A stretch of 32,000 nucleotides of DNA from Candidatus Kuenenia stuttgartensis (GCF_900232105.1 NZ_LT934425.1:960001-992000), one strand, 5' to 3'; shown: positions 19,374-28,802, counted from the stretch's first letter. Notes: generated from the sequence alone by a model not told the origin. Program-made: numbers and translations.

Positions 19374-21073
19374 ACTACTATCCATCAATTTCTTGTTTTT
19401 TATGCGTGTTTTTCATGCCGCCATTTCCGTAAGTGCTTTAATATCAAGGGCTGAAGCGGTCATCAGTGAACAAGAGAACTTCTGGCCTTTCTCCGTCAAA
19501 ACATAGCGGTTGGCCCTCGGAACTTTGCGGATTAGACCGTGTGCCCGCAGCATCTTTATCCGTCGGGTCGTTCGTCCGGAATATTTCTTTTGCTGATCCT
19601 TGCCGGATTGTTCGGATTCCCGGTAAAGCCACTTACGCAAATCATGGTTGCGGAATCCATTTATCGCGTTTTCGCCTTTGGACAGGAACATCAGCATCTG
19701 GTAATCATCCTGCTGCCAGGGATTCAAACCTCGATACCTCTTGCCCTCTTTGACAACCTTGTTACAAGCGCTGCTCACCACTTCTTTCAGTTTCTCCTCT
19801 ACCTGAGCCGCCGCCAAAGCATCCCCATAACGATCATTGCATTGTTGGCTCACCTCACACCGTCGATGAAGATCGCTTACGCCCTTACGCATCTTCTGCC
19901 ATGACGCCGGTTTGCCTTCATCATCATTGGGACTCCGAAAGACCTTAAAGTCCCGCGTATTATTGATCGTTGTCTCAATACGCAAGAGACTACCGCTCTT
20001 GTTATACATCTTCACTGAATTATAATTCACACTGTGCTTGACCCGTATACCTTCATAGCGTCTTCGATAGTCGCTGATAACCTCATCAGGGGCAGCGCCT
20101 GCAAGGTTACGCCTACCCAAATACTTCATCACCGAAGAACTGTCGCAAACCCGCATCGCATGATGAACAAACGATGGAAACAACTCCTCCAATGCCTCAA
20201 CCGATTTAAACATGATGTCCGTCGCCCACTCCGTCTCATCCGCAGACCAGTAATACTCCGGTTCCAACGGACGAAGAATCTGCGACAATGCCGGGCAACT
20301 GCCCAACGCAAGCCCGTTCAGCAGCTTCGCCCAGTCAGTCTTAAGCTGCTCATGGAGCAGAACCTGCGCAGCCGCAATATCCTCTATACGCACAAAACAG
20401 TTGCCGTCCTTAACATAATCAATACCTTGCTTCTGAAGTTGCCGCTCCAGCCAATGACGACCATTGAGACAAATGAAAATATTAAACGGCGCCCAACTCT
20501 GGATACGAACATGACCAAAACCAAACACTGGATCGTTAAAATAATGATACACAAAGACACACTTGCGGGGCGCCATTACCAACTCGAGCTTCTTGCTGGC
20601 CTTGTTGCCCTTGACCATCGGCGCAATACAAGGCTCTACCACACTCAACAGGCAGATGGAACCTTCCGTAATCCTCTTATCCGCCGCGATCTGGCGAGCC
20701 AACTTCTCCTTATCAACACCGCTGCTCATCAAATACCGCACCTCGATACCCAAATCTTTCGCCCGCGATTCACAACTGTCTCGCACCTGTGCCGTAAGCC
20801 CATTGACCCAACCGGAAAAATCCTTAAGCAGAATTCTCGCTTGGTTCATGAATGTTCCCATCCCACGCTCACTGGCCAACCACCGCAATGTCCCGCGAAA
20901 ACGAATCCTGTCCAGACCGCTTATTGCACCCACGATCCTGTCTCGATATAATTCCATCAACTTATTCATAAGTAGTGTCCTCCAAATTGTCTGATTACTA
21001 TTTACGAGGATACTACTATACTTTATAATAAACTAAAAATCACCTTTTTGGTTGCGGCCAAAGGCCGCGCTAG
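19374..21073 (-). mobile_element. 1700-bp element of unrecognised family, copy 1
   Basis: Same ends and same length as copies 2 and 3; encodes the identical 518-aa protein; interrupts the dehydrogenase gene. Confidence 0.9.
19413..20969 (-). CDS. Putative transposase of unrecognised family (518 aa), copy 1
   Basis: MNKLMELYRDRIVGAISGLDRIRFRGTLRWLASERG..., identical in all three copies; RBS GGAGG 9 nt upstream of the ATG. The mobilising role is inferred from copy number and precise element ends. Confidence 0.75.
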   Translation of the reverse strand: MNKLMELYRDRIVGAISGLDRIRFRGTLRWLASERGMGTFMNQARILLKDFSGWVNGLTAQVRDSCESRAKDLGIEVRYLMSSGVDKEKLARQIAADKRITEGSICLLSVVEPCIAPMVKGNKASKKLELVMAPRKCVFVYHYFNDPVFGFGHVRIQSWAPFNIFICLNGRHWLERQLQKQGIDYVKDGNCFVRIEDIAAAQVLLHEQLKTDWAKLLNGLALGSCPALSQILRPLEPEYYWSADETEWATDIMFKSVEALEELFPSFVHHAMRVCDSSSVMKYLGRRNLAGAAPDEVISDYRRRYEGIRVKHSVNYNSVKMYNKSGSLLRIETTINNTRDFKVFRSPNDDEGKPASWQKMRKGVSDLHRRCEVSQQCNDRYGDALAAAQVEEKLKEVVSSACNKVVKEGKRYRGLNPWQQDDYQMLMFLSKGENAINGFRNHDLRKWLYRESEQSGKDQQKKYSGRTTRRIKMLRAHGLIRKVPRANRYVLTEKGQKFSCSLMTASALDIKALTEMAA

Positions 21074-21803
21074 GCCTTCTTTGATTTAATTTTTTCGATT
21101 ATACTGTAAGAGTTCATAAATATGGATTTCTATGGTTGAGTTTAACTTTTGTTGACATAAATAGTTATAGCATTTCTGGAATCATATTTTGTGAACCCCT
21201 TGAGTATAGTTCCAAAATGTTAAATACCAAAACTCAAATAGCAGCTAATTAAGAAATTCCAAACGACAAATAACAAATTTCGTAACACTTTAGTCTTTTG
21301 AAAAACCATCAAAGTAAAATCATGCTGCTCAGCAGTCATTCTGCATTCCTGCCCCTCAATTCCACCCCCTACACCCCCGCCAGCGGGGGACAGTTTGAGC
21401 AATCACACTCGTTCTCAAACTCCGGCTTAGGAACCAGCGTTTTTACTTTTTCAAAAGACTAAAGTGTTACCAAATTTCAAATAATTTCAAAGATCAAATT
21501 CCCGAAATCCAAAACAGTATTATTCTGATGATATACCAGTAATGTATAGGAAATTCAAAGTTGCCACTAAGACACCAAGGTTTTTCTTTGTGGCTTTGTG
21601 TCTTCGTGGCGAAAAAGTCGTCGAAGGCCTAATTTACAAGGACTTCGTCCCTCTCAGTTACATGAATAACTTATGTAACAAGTGAACGGATACAGCATAA
21701 ATCTGGCAGTCGGCAATTTGCCGGGCGTCGAGTGCTACGGCATCTTGGAAAATTCCAGGGCTTTATGCCATACGCAGCCAAAAAGAGTTTAACCACAAAG
21801 GGC

Positions 21804-21887
21804 TTGGCGCGGCCTTTGGCTGAAACCAAATTCGAAATACGAATATCGAAATACGAAACAAATTCAAATGATAAAAAACGTAATACT
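21804..21887 (-). mobile_element. Diverged, inverted partial copy of the MITE right end
   Basis: ttggcgcggcctttggctgaaaccaaattcgaaatacgaatatcgaaatacg resembles the reverse complement of the last ~85 bp of the 175-bp element. Confidence 0.65.
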
Positions 21888-21934
21888 TTAGTTTTTTGAA
21901 AAATTCCAATAATAACATTGTTTTGCCGCACGGT

Positions 21935-22006
21935 GTAGGGGCGAAGCATTTGCATGTCCGGGCATGAACGCATTTATGCCAGTTATTGCAAATGCTTCGC
22001 CCCTAC
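21935..22006. repeat. REP/hairpin element, copy 1
   Basis: GTAGGGGCGAAGCATTTGCA...TGCAAATGCTTCGCCCCTAC, about 20-bp inverted ends. Confidence 0.75.
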
Positions 22007-22618
22007 GGTCTCAAAAAACTAAATTGTTACCCCAAAACCAAATACTCCAAACTAGTATAGAGTTTCATTAAAATATCTACATTGATACCGTCATTGCGAG
22101 CGACAGCGAAGCAATCTTACATCTTTTGGGAACAAGAGATTGCTTCGTCGCTCCACTCCTCGCAATGACATTTTTTTACGTACAAAGAATACAGGACACA
22201 AAGGGCACGTAGAGAAACTTACAAAAATCATGAATAATCAATTGATATACCAATATGGTTTAATAATTTAAGATTTATTGTAATTGGTTATCTGGCTATA
22301 CGTTAGAAATACCAGGGGTTTCAGAGTATGGTAAATTGGGCAAATAACAAAAGGATAGGCCTTTTTTATATTTGTTTTTCTTTGCAAAGTTTGCAGAAAA
22401 TCAAACACGGCTTGAAAGCATTGTGATTTGGGGGATTATATTGACAAGGATGAAGCACACGATAAACGAATGCCTTTTTTTCTATTGTATTATAGTGCAA
22501 TATTTGCGCACGAATTGGGGACACTTCCCATTTTTCATAAACTTGCGAACGGATTTAAAAAGGGTATTCCAGAACTCCTGAGGTGCCTTTTTTGGTAACA
22601 CTTTAGTTTTTTGAAAAA

Positions 22619-22694
22619 GTAAGGGCGAAGCATTTGCCAGTTTAGGTATGAACACATTTATGACAATTTACAGCAAATGCTTCGCCCCCCCTAC
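22619..22694. repeat. REP/hairpin element, copy 2 (diverged)
   Basis: gtaagggcgaagcatttgc...gcaaatgcttcgcccccctac. Confidence 0.7.
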
Positions 22695-22832
22695 ACTATG
22701 CGGCAAACATCGCTAATGTTAGAATTTTTAAAAAAACTAACGCGGTAAAGATAGGTTTGAAACCTGTCTCTACGTTACTATTAATCCCTACTGATTGCTT
22801 TTTTTGCAAAGAATAGGGAATGCACAAGTAGA

Positions 22833-23041
22833 ATCCGGTGTCCGTGATCCGGAAACTATCAATATGTTTTATGTAGCTTTTGCCCTGGCTCAACAATTTT
22901 ACCTTTTCAGGACCAATGTCGAAGCCGGTAACCTGAAACCCGGCCTTGCAGAATTCAATGACCAGTGGCAATCCAACATTAGCGGAGTCCGATAACACCA
23001 ATATGCGACTTCTTTGATTTAATTTTTTCGATTAGTTCCAT
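22833..23041 (-). pseudogene. Duplicated 5' fragment of the nucleotide-sugar dehydrogenase
   Basis: The minus strand reads MELIEKIKSKKSHIGVIGL, then a frame change, then [44 protein letters not shown]. Confidence 0.85.
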
Positions 23042-23081
23042 ATTTGTTTTTGAGAAATGGGTAATTCCGGGGACACCTTAC

Positions 23082-23309
23082 TTATTTCAACCGAAAAACG
23101 ATATCATTGTCCATGATGACTATGGCCCGGTATCCAGGCGTCACCCGAACCTACCAGATATTCTCCGGCTTATTGATGCACTTAAAGCGCAACGACGGAT
23201 GGAAGGGGTACTCCGACCAAAGACAGTATGCCTTCTTTGCCCTTGTCCTGATATCCGGCGTAAGTTTGCCGTAATGTTCCCAGAAAGACGGCAGTGTCGC
23301 TGATTTCAT
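23082..23309 (-). pseudogene. RelE/HigB-like toxin with a nonsense codon
   Basis: In-frame reading MKSATLPSFWEHYGKLTPDIRTRAKKAYCLWSEYPFHPSLRFKCINKPENIW*VRVTPGYRAIVIMDNDIVFRLK*. The stop TAG at 23151-23153 is codon 53. Confidence 0.75.
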
Positions 23310-23537
23310 AATTTCTCGACATCCAGAGGACTGCTCTTTCCTCCGACGATCTCCTGGCGGACCTGACGTGCGGCTCCGATAAGCTTATCCTGGGTTCCTG
23401 GAAAACGAATTCTTCCATTTAGCCTCATCCAGGAGGTATTCGATGTAGTCGCGCATATGCTCGACAACGGTTTCCTGAAGCTGGTCCGGCACAGTTTCAA
23501 GCATCTTAATCATAGTTGTGGCCGCAGATGTATCCAT
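23306..23537 (-). pseudogene. Partner antitoxin-like gene with a frameshift
   Basis: MDTSAATTMIKMLETVPDQLQETVVEHMRDYIEYLLDEAKWKNSF, then a shifted frame TQDKLIGAARQVRQEIVGGKSSPLDVEKL*. It overlaps the toxin start (ATGA). Confidence 0.75.
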
Positions 23538-23795
23538 AGTTTATCCCTCCTTATTTATCCGTATTGTCAATGAGAAAATCTGGGGACAGGCCTTGACGGC
23601 CTGTTGCCAGAATTCCCTTTTAAAAAATACCTCTATGTCCACCCATCTATAAAATACCATGAAAACATGAGGGCCGCATCTTAAATGTTAAGCAAATGCC
23701 CACGGTGACAAATAATATCCAAAATATGAAATACCAAAAATCAAATATACCAGGTAGATATTTATAAGAAAATCTATTCAAAATACTTTTTTGTA

Positions 23796-24188
23796 TCATT
23801 GGGCTAACTGCCTTGCCTCCTCAATAACCTTAAGAATCGAAGGTTCGACAGCGCCCGCTACATTGTCCGGAATGTGCTTGTGATGAGGGAAATTCTCAAG
23901 TCCTGGAAAATGCGGCGTGTTGTCATATCGAAAGACAAGCTTGTTTTGCTCGTCCTGAAAATGATAGCGATAGCCAAGGCGCCTGGGTCGACCGGCTTCA
24001 CCAACAACTGCTTCATTCAACTCCAGCATATGTCCCCTCCGGAAACGCACTCGTATCCGCAAGTTCACACGACTAGCCGCCACAATCTCCTCTTCGTAAC
24101 GCTCCACATAGGCGCCTTCCGCCTGCCGAACTGCGACTTCAACTTCCCTAAGATATCTTGATAGAAAATCAAGCAATATGCTACACAT
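23796..24188 (-). CDS. DUF6516/TumE-like putative toxin
   Basis: 130 aa; LGYRYHFQDEQNKLVFRYDNTPHFPGLENFPHHKHIPDNV. Confidence 0.7.
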   Translation of the reverse strand: MCSILLDFLSRYLREVEVAVRQAEGAYVERYEEEIVAASRVNLRIRVRFRRGHMLELNEAVVGEAGRPRRLGYRYHFQDEQNKLVFRYDNTPHFPGLENFPHHKHIPDNVAGAVEPSILKVIEEARQLAQ

Positions 24189-24399
24189 GTGCCTCTATTT
24201 CAAGCCTGATCGTAACATAATGTTGATAGTCATTCGCCCATTCGACGAAATCCTCGGAGTCTTCCAACTGTCCCTTGCTAAACTTGTCGAAAAACTCCTC
24301 CGATGTCATACGGTATCGATTTTCAAAAATGCTGAGATGCTTGGCTATAGCTACAAGAGCGTCTACAGGCGAATCATACTCAATTCTTTGTTTTCTCAT
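24181..24399 (-). CDS. Putative partner antitoxin of the DUF6516-like protein
   Basis: Likely start MRKQRIEYDSPVDALVAIAKHLS at 24399 with an RBS (gaagGAGGaaat) upstream. It overlaps the downstream gene by 8 bp. Confidence 0.6.
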   Translation of the reverse strand: MRKQRIEYDSPVDALVAIAKHLSIFENRYRMTSEEFFDKFSKGQLEDSEDFVEWANDYQHYVTIRLEIEAHV

Positions 24400-24827
24400 A
24401 TTTCCTCCTTCCGAAGTATTTGGGGTCACGAAGTATTTGTGGTCAGATCTTGAATATAGAATACAAAATTCAGCCTGCATCTTTTTAAGTATTCTTTGTA
24501 ATTATTTTTGCCACCAGATGAACACTGATAAAAATTTCTTTATAACCTCTTATAAATAACTACGGATGAACTCTGATGAACTCTGATAAAGAGGTTAATA
24601 ATATTGATCCGTGTTCATCCGTGTGAATTCGTGGTTAAGTTTTAGTACACTATTCTTTTCCATTCGAGCTTCGGTTTGCCAAAATTTACTATAATACCTT
24701 TGTCAACCACGGATGAACACTGATGAACACTGATAAAAATTTCTTTATAACCTCTTATAAATAACTACAGATGAACACTGAGAAATACGGTTAAAGAGGT
24801 TGATAATATTGATCCGTGTTCATCCGT

Positions 24828-25002
24828 ACTACAATCCATCAACTTCTTGTTTTTTATGCTCGTTTTTCAAGCTGCACAAACGTAAGGCATTAATTAAATG
24901 ATGCCTACGTAAAGTTTGGAGTATTGAGTTTTTGTCATTTGAAATTGTTTTGTATTTAGATATTCGTATTTCGAATTTGGTTGCGGCCAAAGGCCGCGCC
25001 AA
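24828..25002. mobile_element. 175-bp non-autonomous (MITE-like) element, copy C
   Basis: Identical to copies A and B. The empty equivalent site ttcatccgt^gtgaattcgtgg is present at about 24617-24640. Confidence 0.9.
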
Positions 25003-25197
25003 GTGAATTCGTGGTTAAATTTTAGTACACTATTCTTTTCCATTCGAGCTTCGGGTTGCCAAAATTTACTATAATACCTTTGTTAACCACGGATGAACAC
25101 CGATGAACACTGATAAAAATTTCTTTATAACCTCTTATAAATAACTACAGATGAACTCTGAGAAATACGGTTAAAGAGGTTGATAATATTGATCCGT

Positions 25198-26897
25198 ACT
25201 ACTATCCATCAATTTCTTGTTTTTTATGCGTGTTTTTCATGCCGCCATTTCCGTAAGTGCTTTAATATCAAGGGCTGAAGCGGTCATCAGTGAACAAGAG
25301 AACTTCTGGCCTTTCTCCGTCAAAACATAGCGGTTGGCCCTCGGAACTTTGCGGATTAGACCGTGTGCCCGCAGCATCTTTATCCGTCGGGTCGTTCGTC
25401 CGGAATATTTCTTTTGCTGATCCTTGCCGGATTGTTCGGATTCCCGGTAAAGCCACTTACGCAAATCATGGTTGCGGAATCCATTTATCGCGTTTTCGCC
25501 TTTGGACAGGAACATCAGCATCTGGTAATCATCCTGCTGCCAGGGATTCAAACCTCGATACCTCTTGCCCTCTTTGACAACCTTGTTACAAGCGCTGCTC
25601 ACCACTTCTTTCAGTTTCTCCTCTACCTGAGCCGCCGCCAAAGCATCCCCATAACGATCATTGCATTGTTGGCTCACCTCACACCGTCGATGAAGATCGC
25701 TTACGCCCTTACGCATCTTCTGCCATGACGCCGGTTTGCCTTCATCATCATTGGGACTCCGAAAGACCTTAAAGTCCCGCGTATTATTGATCGTTGTCTC
25801 AATACGCAAGAGACTACCGCTCTTGTTATACATCTTCACTGAATTATAATTCACACTGTGCTTGACCCGTATACCTTCATAGCGTCTTCGATAGTCGCTG
25901 ATAACCTCATCAGGGGCAGCGCCTGCAAGGTTACGCCTACCCAAATACTTCATCACCGAAGAACTGTCGCAAACCCGCATCGCATGATGAACAAACGATG
26001 GAAACAACTCCTCCAATGCCTCAACCGATTTAAACATGATGTCCGTCGCCCACTCCGTCTCATCCGCAGACCAGTAATACTCCGGTTCCAACGGACGAAG
26101 AATCTGCGACAATGCCGGGCAACTGCCCAACGCAAGCCCGTTCAGCAGCTTCGCCCAGTCAGTCTTAAGCTGCTCATGGAGCAGAACCTGCGCAGCCGCA
26201 ATATCCTCTATACGCACAAAACAGTTGCCGTCCTTAACATAATCAATACCTTGCTTCTGAAGTTGCCGCTCCAGCCAATGACGACCATTGAGACAAATGA
26301 AAATATTAAACGGCGCCCAACTCTGGATACGAACATGACCAAAACCAAACACTGGATCGTTAAAATAATGATACACAAAGACACACTTGCGGGGCGCCAT
26401 TACCAACTCGAGCTTCTTGCTGGCCTTGTTGCCCTTGACCATCGGCGCAATACAAGGCTCTACCACACTCAACAGGCAGATGGAACCTTCCGTAATCCTC
26501 TTATCCGCCGCGATCTGGCGAGCCAACTTCTCCTTATCAACACCGCTGCTCATCAAATACCGCACCTCGATACCCAAATCTTTCGCCCGCGATTCACAAC
26601 TGTCTCGCACCTGTGCCGTAAGCCCATTGACCCAACCGGAAAAATCCTTAAGCAGAATTCTCGCTTGGTTCATGAATGTTCCCATCCCACGCTCACTGGC
26701 CAACCACCGCAATGTCCCGCGAAAACGAATCCTGTCCAGACCGCTTATTGCACCCACGATCCTGTCTCGATATAATTCCATCAACTTATTCATAAGTAGT
26801 GTCCTCCAAATTGTCTGATTACTATTTACGAGGATACTACTATACTTTATAATAAACTAAAAATCACCTTTTTGGTTGCGGCCAAAGGCCGCGCTAG
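25198..26897 (-). mobile_element. 1700-bp element of unrecognised family, copy 2
   Basis: Same ends and length as copy 1. Confidence 0.9.
25237..26793 (-). CDS. Putative transposase of unrecognised family (518 aa), copy 2
   Basis: Amino-acid identical to copies 1 and 3. Confidence 0.75.
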   Translation of the reverse strand: MNKLMELYRDRIVGAISGLDRIRFRGTLRWLASERGMGTFMNQARILLKDFSGWVNGLTAQVRDSCESRAKDLGIEVRYLMSSGVDKEKLARQIAADKRITEGSICLLSVVEPCIAPMVKGNKASKKLELVMAPRKCVFVYHYFNDPVFGFGHVRIQSWAPFNIFICLNGRHWLERQLQKQGIDYVKDGNCFVRIEDIAAAQVLLHEQLKTDWAKLLNGLALGSCPALSQILRPLEPEYYWSADETEWATDIMFKSVEALEELFPSFVHHAMRVCDSSSVMKYLGRRNLAGAAPDEVISDYRRRYEGIRVKHSVNYNSVKMYNKSGSLLRIETTINNTRDFKVFRSPNDDEGKPASWQKMRKGVSDLHRRCEVSQQCNDRYGDALAAAQVEEKLKEVVSSACNKVVKEGKRYRGLNPWQQDDYQMLMFLSKGENAINGFRNHDLRKWLYRESEQSGKDQQKKYSGRTTRRIKMLRAHGLIRKVPRANRYVLTEKGQKFSCSLMTASALDIKALTEMAA

Positions 26898-27102
26898 GTG
26901 AATTTGTGGTTAAATTTTAGTACACCAATCTTTTCCATTCGAGCTTCGGGTTGCCAAAATTTACTATAATACCTTTGTTAACCACGGATGAACACTGATG
27001 AACACTGATAAAAATTTCTTTATAACCTCTTATAAATAACTACAGATGAACTCTGAGAAATACGGTTAAAGAGGTTGATAATATTGATCCGTGTTCATCC
27101 GT

Positions 27103-28802
27103 ACTACTATCCATCAATTTCTTGTTTTTTATGCGTGTTTTTCATGCCGCCATTTCCGTAAGTGCTTTAATATCAAGGGCTGAAGCGGTCATCAGTGAAC
27201 AAGAGAACTTCTGGCCTTTCTCCGTCAAAACATAGCGGTTGGCCCTCGGAACTTTGCGGATTAGACCGTGTGCCCGCAGCATCTTTATCCGTCGGGTCGT
27301 TCGTCCGGAATATTTCTTTTGCTGATCCTTGCCGGATTGTTCGGATTCCCGGTAAAGCCACTTACGCAAATCATGGTTGCGGAATCCATTTATCGCGTTT
27401 TCGCCTTTGGACAGGAACATCAGCATCTGGTAATCATCCTGCTGCCAGGGATTCAAACCTCGATACCTCTTGCCCTCTTTGACAACCTTGTTACAAGCGC
27501 TGCTCACCACTTCTTTCAGTTTCTCCTCTACCTGAGCCGCCGCCAAAGCATCCCCATAACGATCATTGCATTGTTGGCTCACCTCACACCGTCGATGAAG
27601 ATCGCTTACGCCCTTACGCATCTTCTGCCATGACGCCGGTTTGCCTTCATCATCATTGGGACTCCGAAAGACCTTAAAGTCCCGCGTATTATTGATCGTT
27701 GTCTCAATACGCAAGAGACTACCGCTCTTGTTATACATCTTCACTGAATTATAATTCACACTGTGCTTGACCCGTATACCTTCATAGCGTCTTCGATAGT
27801 CGCTGATAACCTCATCAGGGGCAGCGCCTGCAAGGTTACGCCTACCCAAATACTTCATCACCGAAGAACTGTCGCAAACCCGCATCGCATGATGAACAAA
27901 CGATGGAAACAACTCCTCCAATGCCTCAACCGATTTAAACATGATGTCCGTCGCCCACTCCGTCTCATCCGCAGACCAGTAATACTCCGGTTCCAACGGA
28001 CGAAGAATCTGCGACAATGCCGGGCAACTGCCCAACGCAAGCCCGTTCAGCAGCTTCGCCCAGTCAGTCTTAAGCTGCTCATGGAGCAGAACCTGCGCAG
28101 CCGCAATATCCTCTATACGCACAAAACAGTTGCCGTCCTTAACATAATCAATACCTTGCTTCTGAAGTTGCCGCTCCAGCCAATGACGACCATTGAGACA
28201 AATGAAAATATTAAACGGCGCCCAACTCTGGATACGAACATGACCAAAACCAAACACTGGATCATTAAAATAATGATACACAAAGACACACTTGCGGGGC
28301 GCCATTACCAACTCGAGCTTCTTGCTGGCCTTGTTGCCCTTGACCATCGGCGCAATACAAGGCTCTACCACACTCAACAGGCAGATGGAACCTTCCGTAA
28401 TCCTCTTATCCGCCGCGATCTGGCGAGCCAACTTCTCCTTATCAACACCGCTGCTCATCAAATACCGCACCTCGATACCCAAATCTTTCGCCCGCGATTC
28501 ACAACTGTCTCGCACCTGTGCCGTAAGCCCATTGACCCAACCGGAAAAATCCTTAAGCAGAATTCTCGCTTGGTTCATGAATGTTCCCATCCCACGCTCA
28601 CTGGCCAACCACCGCAATGTCCCGCGAAAACGAATCCTGTCCAGACCGCTTATTGCACCCACGATCCTGTCTCGATATAATTCCATCAACTTATTCATAA
28701 GTAGTGTCCTCCAAATTGTCTGATTACTATTTACGAGGATACTACTATACTTTATAATAAACTAAAAATCACCTTTTTGGTTGCGGCCAAAGGCCGCGCT
28801 AG
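27103..28802 (-). mobile_element. 1700-bp element of unrecognised family, copy 3
   Basis: Same ends and length. The one nucleotide difference I found is A instead of G at 28264, silent for the 518-aa ORF. Confidence 0.9.
27142..28698 (-). CDS. Putative transposase of unrecognised family (518 aa), copy 3
   Basis: Amino-acid identical to copies 1 and 2. Confidence 0.75.
   Translation of the reverse strand: MNKLMELYRDRIVGAISGLDRIRFRGTLRWLASERGMGTFMNQARILLKDFSGWVNGLTAQVRDSCESRAKDLGIEVRYLMSSGVDKEKLARQIAADKRITEGSICLLSVVEPCIAPMVKGNKASKKLELVMAPRKCVFVYHYFNDPVFGFGHVRIQSWAPFNIFICLNGRHWLERQLQKQGIDYVKDGNCFVRIEDIAAAQVLLHEQLKTDWAKLLNGLALGSCPALSQILRPLEPEYYWSADETEWATDIMFKSVEALEELFPSFVHHAMRVCDSSSVMKYLGRRNLAGAAPDEVISDYRRRYEGIRVKHSVNYNSVKMYNKSGSLLRIETTINNTRDFKVFRSPNDDEGKPASWQKMRKGVSDLHRRCEVSQQCNDRYGDALAAAQVEEKLKEVVSSACNKVVKEGKRYRGLNPWQQDDYQMLMFLSKGENAINGFRNHDLRKWLYRESEQSGKDQQKKYSGRTTRRIKMLRAHGLIRKVPRANRYVLTEKGQKFSCSLMTASALDIKALTEMAA

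Larger units (their letters stand above)
18104..21117 (-). pseudogene. Nucleotide-sugar dehydrogenase (UDP-GlcNAc/UDP-Glc 6-dehydrogenase, WbpA-like) interrupted by the 1700-bp element
   Basis: Downstream part 18104..19373 and upstream part 21074..21117. Excising the element restores [44 protein letters not shown]. The ORF called at 19339 starts at a TTG codon inside the Rossmann motif region. Confidence 0.88.

Noticed and set aside
20034-20951. 305-aa + strand ORF (and 143-, 121- and 95-aa + strand ORFs) inside each 1700-bp element
   Set aside because: They are antisense to the 518-aa ORF, repeated only because the element is repeated, and have no convincing domain-like features or RBS support.
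25198-25207. 2-bp GT target-site duplication for the 1700-bp and 175-bp elements
   Set aside because: Copy 1 has GC on the right, MITE A has GA, and the empty site in repeat unit 1 already contains GTGTG, so the second GT is original sequence.
19413-28698. Naming the 518-aa protein as a specific transposase family (e.g. IS200/IS605, IS91, IS110)
   Set aside because: The end structure suggests single-strand processing, but I could not find a definite HUH, YREP or DEDD signature in the protein, so the family is left open.
25198-28802. Composite transposon formed by the two adjacent 1700-bp copies
   Set aside because: Only about 205 bp of repeat sequence lies between them and there is no cargo gene.
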